DNA of 37,180 bases from an uncultured bacterium (GTDB lineage Bacteria; B130-G9): NCBI GenBank assembly GCA_965372715.1, contig CBDVDH010000004.1, positions 62,001 through 99,180 of the forward strand, written 5' to 3'. A program made the position numbers and the translations under genes. A model generated the notes under the pieces. That model saw nothing but the letters and a program-made list of their open reading frames with translations. It had not been told where the DNA came from and searched no databases. Each line of letters starts with the position of its first letter. The first letter of the stretch is position 1. This document shows, in pieces, positions 16,960 to 25,030 of this stretch.

Positions 16960-18927
16960 CTAGAGCAGCTCATTGCCATAATACGCCCTCCTGCTGATCA
17001 GTCCGGCCGGTATCTCGTCTATGAAGGGCGACTCTGGATTCATGGTCGTTCGGCCGAATATCATGCGCCTGAACGCCCTGACGAGGATTAGCCGTCTCTT
17101 TGCGCGGGTCATCCCCACATACAGAAGTCGCCGCTCCTCCTCAAACTGCTCCTTCGTCTTAACGGAATAGTGCGGCAATAAGCCTCTTTCAAGACCGATC
17201 ACGAAGACCACGTCGAATTCAAGCCCCTTGGCGCTGTGTAGCGTGAGCAGCGACACAGGGCTCCCCCGCTCGTCAAACTCATCCAGCTCGGTGAGCAGTG
17301 CGATGTGATGGGCGAAATCCTCCACGCTCGCGCCCGGGTGCCTCTTTTCAAACGCCTGGGCTGCGGTTGCGAGCTCCTTGACGTTCTCGGCCCGTGTCTT
17401 CTCACCGCCCTCCTCGCTCTCGAGCAGGTGCTCCAGATAGCCCGTCTCCTGAAGCAGGAGGTTGATGAACCCACCCGGACGCTGCTTCGGTCTACCGGCG
17501 GTCTCACTGAGCGAGGCTACCAGAGCGTGAATTGAGGCCAGCTTTCGGCGCAGTGTAGGTCTTACCGCGTCGGAATCCTTCAGGCGGCCAACAGCGGAGA
17601 AGAGCGAGCACCCCGCGCCGTGCGCCTCGCCCGTAATCAGTCCGAGCGAGACCTTACCGATCCCGCGTGGGGGCACGTTGATGACCCGCGCGAGCGCTAC
17701 GTCATCGTCTGAGTTGACTGAGACCTTGAGGTACGCTATGATATCTCTCACCTCTTTGCGCTCGTAGAACCGCAGGCCGCGGACAATCGTGTATGGTATC
17801 CCGCGCGGGATTAGGACGTCCTCAACGGCTCTGGACTGAGCGTTGGTCCGATAGAAGACGGCAATCGTAGAGAAATCGGCACCATTGGCCCTTCGGAGCT
17901 TCTGTATCTCCTCGCAGACGAACTCCGCCTCGGCCTGCTCGGTTCCGCACGTGCAGAACTCCGCCCGCTCGCCGGTGATATTCTCGGTAAAAAGCTCCTT
18001 TTCCCTTCTACCGAGATTCTTTGAAATCAAAGCGCACGCCGTCGCAAGGATACTCTTCGTAGAGCGGTAATTCTGGTCAAGGTGTATCACCTTCACGTCC
18101 GGGAAATCCCTCTCGAAATCGAGTATGTTCCGCAGGTCGGCGCCTCGGAAAGCGTAGATCGACTGGTCATCATCGCCGACTACGAAGAGGTTTTTGTGCT
18201 TCCCGACGAGCCGCTTCATCAGCTCGTATTGGACGCGGTTAGTGTCCTGAAACTCATCGACCATGCAATACTCGAATCTGTCCTGATAGACGGAGAGGAC
18301 CTCCTGATTCTCGTCGAGTAGCCGCAGGGCGAGGGCCAGAAGGTCGTCGAAATCCACCGCGTTCGACGCGGCGGTTCGTATCAAGTATCGCTCGTAAACG
18401 TGAGCGAATCTCGCCTGGCCATCGCTGGCAAGCCGCGCCTCGAGTTCCTCCGGCCCCAGTCCATTGAGCTTGGCGTAGGAGACCCACCGGCGGGCCATCT
18501 TGAGGCTCTCGGCGCTGTGCTCGAGGCCAAGGCCCTTGATGCAACTGGACAGAAGCTGCCTCCTGTCATCGTCGTCGTAGATCGAGAAGCCTCGTCGGTA
18601 GGGCCGGCGGCCCGCGATCGGTTTCAGCTTCTCTATGTGCACTCTCAGGATGCGAGCGCAGAGGGAGTGAAAAGTGCAAAGCCAGACGGCCTCCGCGATG
18701 CTGCCGACCATGTCGATTGTGCGGTTTCTCATCTCCCCAGCGGCCTTGTTGGTGAACGTCACCGCAAGGATGCGTCTGGGCGAGATGCCCCCATCTAAGA
18801 GGTATGCGATACGATGGACGATGGCTTTGGTCTTCCCGCTGCCGGCGCCCGCCAAGACGAGGACGGGGCCTTCGGTCTGGAGCACCGCCTCGATCTGCCC
18901 GGGGTTCAGCCCCTCAAGAACGTCCAT
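16960..18927 (-). CDS. pcrA: UvrD/PcrA SF1A DNA helicase
   Basis: LAGAGSGKT, TFTNKAAGEM, VDEFQDTN, VGDDDQSIYAFRGA, QNYRST, FYRTNAQSR, TLHSAKGLEF and EERRLLYVGMTRAK. 655 aa. Confidence 0.95.
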   Translation of the reverse strand: MDVLEGLNPGQIEAVLQTEGPVLVLAGAGSGKTKAIVHRIAYLLDGGISPRRILAVTFTNKAAGEMRNRTIDMVGSIAEAVWLCTFHSLCARILRVHIEKLKPIAGRRPYRRGFSIYDDDDRRQLLSSCIKGLGLEHSAESLKMARRWVSYAKLNGLGPEELEARLASDGQARFAHVYERYLIRTAASNAVDFDDLLALALRLLDENQEVLSVYQDRFEYCMVDEFQDTNRVQYELMKRLVGKHKNLFVVGDDDQSIYAFRGADLRNILDFERDFPDVKVIHLDQNYRSTKSILATACALISKNLGRREKELFTENITGERAEFCTCGTEQAEAEFVCEEIQKLRRANGADFSTIAVFYRTNAQSRAVEDVLIPRGIPYTIVRGLRFYERKEVRDIIAYLKVSVNSDDDVALARVINVPPRGIGKVSLGLITGEAHGAGCSLFSAVGRLKDSDAVRPTLRRKLASIHALVASLSETAGRPKQRPGGFINLLLQETGYLEHLLESEEGGEKTRAENVKELATAAQAFEKRHPGASVEDFAHHIALLTELDEFDERGSPVSLLTLHSAKGLEFDVVFVIGLERGLLPHYSVKTKEQFEEERRLLYVGMTRAKRRLILVRAFRRMIFGRTTMNPESPFIDEIPAGLISRRAYYGNELL

Positions 18928-19400
18928 TACAGGTCGATCTTTATGGGCTCGGGCTGCTCGGGCGGACCGAACGCAAAGGCCCGCTCAAGTGCGTCCGCTG
19001 TCTTCGGTCCAATGCCCGGTATCGACCGGAGCTCGCGCGGGGCGACGTGGCCGGATTTGGCCTCTCTGAACGCAATCAGCGAGGCCGACAGTCTGGCGCC
19101 TATGCCGGGCACTGCCCTCAGAACGTAATCCGGAGCGGTGTCGAAGCTGGGTCGAACCGCAAACTGGTTGAAAAGCTCCAGGCTTGCCCGGTCGGGGCGC
19201 GTTTGGCAGACCGGGAACCCGGCGTTGCCCAGCCATTGGTCACGGAACAAAAAACTGCTCGCCTTCTGCGCTTGAAACGACACAAAGCCGCCATCGGTGG
19301 CAACGCCCTCAACGTCGCCGGCTCTCCACGCAAGAATCGCGAAGAACACCGCCGCCAACGCGATCAAGGCCCACTCACTCGAATCCCGCTTCTGTTTCAA
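18927..19400 (-). CDS. ComEA-like membrane-anchored helix-hairpin-helix DNA-binding protein
   Basis: N-terminal TM (WALIALAAVFFAILAW) and two HhH motifs (LRAVPGIGARLS, LRSIPGIGPKTA). Probable TTG start at 19400, 5 nt after GGAGG. Its stop overlaps the pcrA ATG (TAATG). Confidence 0.75.
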   Translation of the reverse strand: MKQKRDSSEWALIALAAVFFAILAWRAGDVEGVATDGGFVSFQAQKASSFLFRDQWLGNAGFPVCQTRPDRASLELFNQFAVRPSFDTAPDYVLRAVPGIGARLSASLIAFREAKSGHVAPRELRSIPGIGPKTADALERAFAFGPPEQPEPIKIDL

Positions 19401-19667
19401 CAAAACCTCCTTCTGTAAGCCAACGCAAGCCACAATAGTGCCATGCGCGTAACCAGTCAAGGATGGAGGCTAACGCGTGAGCCGGTTGCTGTAAATGCTG
19501 TGGTCTGATTGCGTAGCATGATACGTGAAATGACGCGCGAGTGGATCTGTTTCCGACATCGCCATCGAAGGCGTCGTGTCCAGGATTTGTTGACAGGCGA
19601 CAGGATTTGGCGGATATTAGGATGTGGGGAAGATGTCATGGGTCAACGCTTGTAGGAGAGTTCAGAG

Positions 19668-20573
19668 ATGCTAGATGTCGAGGTGGCACTTAACCAGGTT
19701 GTGGAGGAGAAGCATAGGCTGGCCGATCTGGACCTGGTGCACGTGTTGGCGGAGCCGCAGGAGCTGCCAGCGCTTCCGGCAATTGCGGTCCGGGTGATGC
19801 GGATAACAGCCGATTCCAAAGGGACCCTCCCAGAGCTCAGAAGGGTCATCGAGGCGGACGAGGCGCTCGCATCCAAGATACTCAAGTTTTCAAACTCCGC
19901 GCTCTACGGCCGGGCTGGGACAGTCTCGACGCTGACGGGTGCGATCACTGCCTTGGGCTTTTTGACGGTGCGGTGGCTCGCGGTCACCGCCTCAGCGCAC
20001 ACCTTATTCCGCAAAGACGCCAAACGTAACTTTGACCATAAGATGCTTTGGGAGCATTCGCTCAAGTGCGCCATCGGTTCTCGGCTGCTAGCGAAGCGGG
20101 TTAGCCTTGAGGGAGTTCAAGTTGATGAGGCTTTCGTCTCGGGCCTTTTGCACGACATTGGCAAGCTCGCTATTCTAGACAAGATGCCGGGATACATATC
20201 GCGGTTCTACGAGTGGTGCGAGGTGCTTTCGCTCGAGTTCTACGAGGTTGAGCGGGACGTTATTGGGATAGACCACAGCGAGGTCTCCCGTCACATCTTT
20301 AAACACTGGAACTTCCCCCCTTCGCTTTCAGACGCCGTGGCCAATCACCATTCACCCGAATCGGCCAAGGAGGGCAAGGTTCTGGCCCAGGTTTTGTGCT
20401 CGACGGACAAATTCTTCCCCATGAGAGAACGTCACGGCGAGTTGTTCACCAGCGAGGAGCTCGCGGAGCTGCCGTTGATGCTCGAGCACAACGTAAGCGA
20501 GAAAGACGTCGCAGAGCTGCGAGACAAGACCGAGGAGCTCTACTTCGAGATTGCCGAGCTACTCGGCGCGTGA
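19668..20573 (+). CDS. HDOD-domain signalling protein
   Basis: LPALPAIA, DEALASKILKFSNSALYG, AITALG, LWEHSL, AFVSGLLHDIGKL, HWNFP and HHSP. Confidence 0.93.
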   Translation: MLDVEVALNQVVEEKHRLADLDLVHVLAEPQELPALPAIAVRVMRITADSKGTLPELRRVIEADEALASKILKFSNSALYGRAGTVSTLTGAITALGFLTVRWLAVTASAHTLFRKDAKRNFDHKMLWEHSLKCAIGSRLLAKRVSLEGVQVDEAFVSGLLHDIGKLAILDKMPGYISRFYEWCEVLSLEFYEVERDVIGIDHSEVSRHIFKHWNFPPSLSDAVANHHSPESAKEGKVLAQVLCSTDKFFPMRERHGELFTSEELAELPLMLEHNVSEKDVAELRDKTEELYFEIAELLGA

Positions 20574-20579
20574 GCTAGA

Positions 20580-20607
20580 AGGGCGGGGCAAGCACCGCCC
20601 CTACGGG
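20580..20607. repeat. GTAG-type REP-like palindrome, copy 2
   Basis: Identical to 9772..9799. Lies between the convergent HDOD and tatD genes and contains the tatD stop codon. Confidence 0.85.
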
Positions 20608-21398
20608 CCGCAATCGGGCAGGAACAGGCGCCGGGCGTTTTCCGCTGTTATCTGGCCAATCTGCTCCGGGGATGTATTGCGGATTGTCGCCAATTCCTCC
20701 ACCACGTGAACCAAGAATGAGGGCTCGTTTCGCTTGCCGCGCATCGGCGTGGGTGCAAGGAACGGCGCGTCGGTCTCGACGAGCAGTCTGTTTTCCGGGA
20801 CGGCAGCGGCAGCTTCGCGGACTTGGCTTGCTTTCTTGAACGTTACTATGCCCGAGAAAGAGACATAGAATCCAAGCTCAACGGCCTCGAGCGCCTCGTT
20901 CGGAGTCCCCGTGAAACAGTGAAACACGCCGCCGACTGCGGAGGCATTGCTCTCAATCAGCGCTCTGCGAGTGTCCTCAAAAGCGTCCCTCATGTGGACG
21001 ACGAGCGGCAGCTTCTGCTCCACGGCGAGCTCGATATGCCTTGTAAAGGACGCAATCTGCACATCGCGCGGAGAGATCAGGTGAAAGAAGTCGAGGCCCG
21101 TCTCGCCGATCGCCACGACCGTGTCCCGATTCTCCTCCACTATGGTCCGAAGCGACCTCGCGAAATCACGGGGCGCATCCTTTGCGTCGTGCGGAGATAC
21201 GCCAACGGATGCCCATAGGCTCTCGGAACGTTCAGCTATCCCGACCGCCTTCAGGCTGTGCTCGACGGTGTATCCGATGACGTTGATCCCGATGACCGAG
21301 GCATCTTGAGCCCGTTTGAGCACCGCGCCCAGGTCTTCGTCGAACTGAGGCGCCGTGACGTGGCAGTGCGAGTCAATCAGGCCACGATACTTCGGCAT
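20601..21398 (-). CDS. tatD: TatD-family metal-dependent DNase
   Basis: IDSHCH, AIGETGLD, VVHMRDA, GVFHCFTG, LVETDAPFLAP and RGKRNEP. Real start is probably ATG 21398 (MPKYRGLIDSHCH), overlapping the galT 3' end. Confidence 0.95.
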   Translation of the reverse strand: MPKYRGLIDSHCHVTAPQFDEDLGAVLKRAQDASVIGINVIGYTVEHSLKAVGIAERSESLWASVGVSPHDAKDAPRDFARSLRTIVEENRDTVVAIGETGLDFFHLISPRDVQIASFTRHIELAVEQKLPLVVHMRDAFEDTRRALIESNASAVGGVFHCFTGTPNEALEAVELGFYVSFSGIVTFKKASQVREAAAAVPENRLLVETDAPFLAPTPMRGKRNEPSFLVHVVEELATIRNTSPEQIGQITAENARRLFLPDCGP

Positions 21399-22419
21399 CG
21401 CGGAGGTATTGGGCGGCTTGTTCAGGCGGGGTTGGATTGATGTAGAAGCCAGTTCCCCACTCAAAACCTGCGACCTTTGTGAGCCTGGGCATAATCTCGA
21501 TGTGCCAGTGAAAGTCGAGATCGAGCGTCTGCCAGTAGCGAGGGTGCCGAGCCCTGCTCTTAACATTCGGCGCGTTGTGCAACACGAAGTTGTAGGGCGG
21601 CGATGAGAGCGCGACCGCAATGCGCTTCATAGTATCCCTGAGAACCAGTGCGAGCTCGTGAAGCAGCTTATCTGAGGCGCGGGAGAAGTGAGCAGAGTGC
21701 GTCCGGGGGAATATCCACGTCTCAAACGGGAATCGTGAAGCAAACGGGCATAGCACGACGAAGTGGTCGTTGACCGATACGATTCTCTCGTGGTCCTTGA
21801 TCTCCTGGTAGAGAATGTCACAGAAGAGGCATCGCTCCTTGTCATAGAAGTGGCTTTGGGCGGACGCAAGCTCCTGTTTGACAGCTCGCGGCGTTATCGG
21901 AGTTGCGATCAGCTGCGTATGCGGATGTTCAAGGGTCGCGCCTGCCGCGGACCCGAAGTTCTTGAAAATAAGGACATAGCGAAGCCTGGTGTCGTTGACT
22001 AGGTCCAGTATCCTTGCCTTATAGGTGGAAAGCACAGCCTCCAGTTGCGGAATTGGCATGTCGCCCATCTCAAGGTCATGGTCAGGCGTCTCGATGATGA
22101 CCTCGTGGGCTCCTATCCCGTTCATGATGTCGAAAAGTCCCCGGGCTTGCCGACCCAGGTCGCCTTCAATGGCGAGTGCGGGGAACTTGTTCGGGACCAC
22201 GCGCGTCCACCAGCCAGGGGTGTTGGGTTGGCGCCCGTTGTGCGGCAGGGCGTATATCTCCGGCGGCGTTTTATCCTCGTTCTCCGCGCAAAACGGACAG
22301 AAACCGCCCGACCTCATGGGTTCCTTCTCCGCCGAATGGAAGTCCATGGGCCGCCTGGCCCTTTCCGTGGCGATGATAACCCAGCGTTTCACAATCGGGC
22401 TTTTTCTTAGCTCTGGCAT
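21373..22419 (-). CDS. galT: Galactose-1-phosphate uridylyltransferase (HIT superfamily)
   Basis: WVIIATERARRP, CPFC, RVVPNKFPAL, GAHEVIIE, catalytic AGATLEHPHTQ and AGFEWGTGFYINP. Confidence 0.95.
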   Translation of the reverse strand: MPELRKSPIVKRWVIIATERARRPMDFHSAEKEPMRSGGFCPFCAENEDKTPPEIYALPHNGRQPNTPGWWTRVVPNKFPALAIEGDLGRQARGLFDIMNGIGAHEVIIETPDHDLEMGDMPIPQLEAVLSTYKARILDLVNDTRLRYVLIFKNFGSAAGATLEHPHTQLIATPITPRAVKQELASAQSHFYDKERCLFCDILYQEIKDHERIVSVNDHFVVLCPFASRFPFETWIFPRTHSAHFSRASDKLLHELALVLRDTMKRIAVALSSPPYNFVLHNAPNVKSRARHPRYWQTLDLDFHWHIEIMPRLTKVAGFEWGTGFYINPTPPEQAAQYLRDAEVSWPD

Positions 22420-22488
22420 TAGTCTCCTCCGGTCAAACGCGAATACGTGGTTACGGTGATCTCATTTGAGTTGGTGATGTCGCGCTTC

Positions 22489-22514
22489 GAGCCGAGCTCA
22501 AAACGTGCGAGGCG
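22489..22514 (+). repeat. 26-nt repeat, copy A (24/26 identical to 24843..24868)
   Basis: GAGCCGAGCTCAAAACGTGCGAGGCG versus GAGCCGAGCTCGGAACGTGCGAGGCG. Confidence 0.8.
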
Positions 22515-22524
22515 CTGCATCGGT

Positions 22525-23994
22525 TCAATCCAGCCTCACTTCCGCCATCGCGACGTTCGAGGTTATTATTCCCTCCAGCGATTGAGGGGCGTTGAGGTCG
22601 ATGTATGTGGTATAAACCGAATAGCGTATCCTGTCTACCGGCGGCAGCACGGGGGGAACATACTCGGAGGAGTAGTAGAATGTCTCTTGCGGCTGGAACT
22701 CGTGATAGACGCTATACGACTCGAAGAGCGGAACCGGCTCTGTGTCGCCCTCTCTCAGGAATTCGATCTTGAGGTGCAGGTCCGCGTCGTTGCGGATTAT
22801 CCGCAGGTTGTCGAACTCGATCTCTACCTCGACTGAGCCTCCCTCTTTCGCCTGCGCCTCAACCCGCGCCTCGTAGGGCATCGGGATCAGATCCGGATCG
22901 GGGGTCCAGCGGCAGACAGCCTTCTCAGTTGCAAACCACAGCGCCCCGTCAGCTGAGTGGGTCATGTGCCTCGAAATGCAGAACACTGTTGGCGTAAACG
23001 ATGGACATTGCCCAACCGAAGGTGGAATGGTCTCAAAAGCATCCAGATAGTGACCTTGGAAGGACCAGAATCCGACGAAGAGCGGGCTTTCTCGGTCTGA
23101 ATACGACTCCTGTCCAAAAACCCAAAGTCCTCGATGGTCGAGTCTTTGAGATGTCACGCTCATCTCCTCCGCCCATGCCACTTCCTCAACAACGCCCTTT
23201 GCGGCGTTTATCTGTGCAAATCCCCCGAAGCTTCGCAGTTTGCCCCAGAAGTACGAATTCGCCCCTGTAGTTCTCAGACAGCGATATTTCTCAGTGCGAC
23301 CTGCTATTACCTCCCATTCCGACCAATCAGCAAAATCGATAATCGTCAAGGTTGAGTGACTGTCAATGGCCAAGAAATCCCCAGAGCATGCACAGCCCCC
23401 GAATACTAAGTCGTCGGTCACACGGAGATAGGCCAGGATCCTATCATTCGGCGGCTTTTGATACTCAAGGACCGCGCCTCGCGCCGGACTGAACGCATCC
23501 TGACCCAACACGAGGAATTGGGTGCCGCGCCAGGATGGACAATCAACGCTTATGCCCTGCCAAAGCCAGCTATCCGCCAGGTCATTCTCGTGATAGCCCT
23601 CGGAATCGATGTATGCGCTTTCAGGGTGGATGTACCAGAATTTCAGCCAAATCGCACCCTCGGCGCTCTCAGCCATGCCGTAAGTCTTCGTATCGACGCA
23701 AGGGGCATAATCGTAATTCTGTGGGTGCCATTCCTCGCCGTCAAACATGACAATTGGAATCCGGGGCTCCGCAGGCAGAGACATCGCACCAACGACGAGC
23801 GTTGGCGTCTCTCCGTTCAGCATCGCTACACCGACGGAGTCCATGGCCCAACCTGGCTCCGGAAGCCCAGGGGAATCGCCGAATACCCATGAGTCCAGAC
23901 CCGCAAGACCAACCACCGGGATTGCAGTAAGAGCCATGATCGCGATCAAAGCGAAAACGTATGACCCACCAGAGAATCTAAGCGTGTCCTGCAC
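22525..23994 (-). CDS. Secreted hypothetical protein, probable beta-propeller plus C-terminal beta-sandwich domain; candidate partner/immunity protein of the upstream Rhs-CT
   Basis: Probable GTG start at 23994 after AAGGAG. Signal-peptide-like FALIAIMALTAIPVVGLA. Propeller-blade-like motifs FDGEEW, ESAEGAIW, DHRGLWV and SADGALWFATEKAVCRW. Confidence 0.65.
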   Translation of the reverse strand: MQDTLRFSGGSYVFALIAIMALTAIPVVGLAGLDSWVFGDSPGLPEPGWAMDSVGVAMLNGETPTLVVGAMSLPAEPRIPIVMFDGEEWHPQNYDYAPCVDTKTYGMAESAEGAIWLKFWYIHPESAYIDSEGYHENDLADSWLWQGISVDCPSWRGTQFLVLGQDAFSPARGAVLEYQKPPNDRILAYLRVTDDLVFGGCACSGDFLAIDSHSTLTIIDFADWSEWEVIAGRTEKYRCLRTTGANSYFWGKLRSFGGFAQINAAKGVVEEVAWAEEMSVTSQRLDHRGLWVFGQESYSDRESPLFVGFWSFQGHYLDAFETIPPSVGQCPSFTPTVFCISRHMTHSADGALWFATEKAVCRWTPDPDLIPMPYEARVEAQAKEGGSVEVEIEFDNLRIIRNDADLHLKIEFLREGDTEPVPLFESYSVYHEFQPQETFYYSSEYVPPVLPPVDRIRYSVYTTYIDLNAPQSLEGIITSNVAMAEVRLD

Positions 23995-24028
23995 CTGCTT
24001 CTCCTTTGTTTTCAATGAAGCTCTCGTC

Positions 24029-25030
24029 TTAATAACAGAAAGCGTTTTCGCATCTACGGTTGTTGTGAGTCCATCTCTCATTGCATGTGTCCTTTATGAA
24101 CCATGCATATTCACATCCTCCACTCCATAATCCCCATTCGAATAAAATGCCCTCAAAGTCACATTCAGACCCGAGACAGACATTCTCCTCTTCATCGTTG
24201 GGACGGTAATATGTCATGCACCATGAACTCTTTTGCCACGGTGCGAGCATGCAATGCCCCTCGCAAAACTTGCCTACAATGTTCCCATAATATTCTACGA
24301 ATCGTTCCCACTCTGTGCGGTGATCTGGCCAACCGGGACGCCCGAAATCCCCTGCATTGTGGTCCCATGTGTAGCAATATCCATGCTGCCCAGCGCACAC
24401 TTTCTGCATACAATCGCAACACCGTCCGCATTGCTGGGCCTTAGTTGCCCTGTCTCCAAAATCATTCATCGAATATATATACCAGGAGTTGCAGGAGGTG
24501 AGGCAACGTGAGACACAGTATTGCCTCGTTTCTGTGCACAATTTAAAAGGATCCATATCATAAACTTTCCAGGCATCATAGCCTTCGGGGCAACTATGCC
24601 AAGTCTCTGAAGGAACTGACGTCCAGAGTGTCTGAACATAGCCGACGCCAAAAGCATAGAACCTGTCATTGCCGTTCGGATCGACATAGTTCACCGGATT
24701 ATTGGCGACATAGGCGAAGGAGGTGGTCCAGGGCTGGTCTTGGCGTTTGAGGCCTTCGCGGGAGAGGAAGCGGCCGTTATCCTGATTGTAGTAGCGGGCG
24801 CGGTAGTAGTAGAGCTCGGCGTCGAGCTGCGGGGCCGCATTTGAGCCGAGCTCGGAACGTGCGAGGCGAGACGATCGCGGGTGCACCTTGTCTCTCTCCC
24901 GAGTGCCGTGGGCACCCCACTCGCGGCCGGTGAAGCGGAAGGGGGAGCTAATGGTGCCGCTGATGGTCGCCTCGGTCGTCTTGCCCCAGGCGTCATGCGA
25001 ATACGTGGTCAGAACACAAAGACCTGACAT
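24029..25030 (-). CDS. Orphan RHS repeat-associated core with cysteine-rich C-terminal domain
   Basis: YSHDAWG...SPFRFTGREW...LYYYRARYYNQDNGRFLS...AYVANNPVNYVDPNG, followed by about 213 aa containing 20 Cys. The ATG at 25030 overlaps the upstream TGA. Confidence 0.9.
   Translation of the reverse strand: MSGLCVLTTYSHDAWGKTTEATISGTISSPFRFTGREWGAHGTRERDKVHPRSSRLARSELGSNAAPQLDAELYYYRARYYNQDNGRFLSREGLKRQDQPWTTSFAYVANNPVNYVDPNGNDRFYAFGVGYVQTLWTSVPSETWHSCPEGYDAWKVYDMDPFKLCTETRQYCVSRCLTSCNSWYIYSMNDFGDRATKAQQCGRCCDCMQKVCAGQHGYCYTWDHNAGDFGRPGWPDHRTEWERFVEYYGNIVGKFCEGHCMLAPWQKSSWCMTYYRPNDEEENVCLGSECDFEGILFEWGLWSGGCEYAWFIKDTCNERWTHNNRRCENAFCY
24843..24868 (+). repeat. 26-nt repeat, copy B, inside an in-frame insertion in the Rhs core
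   Basis: See 22489..22514. Contains the pattern GCC-GA-GC-loop-GC-GA-GGC. Confidence 0.8.

Noticed and set aside
21399-21620. 74-aa N-terminal extension of TatD
   Set aside because: It lies inside galT in another frame. TatD motifs start at 21398.
24812-24868. Integron attC site in the Rhs insertion
   Set aside because: The bulged hairpin is suggestive, but RYYYAAC/GTTRRRY core boxes are absent and no integron integrase is present.
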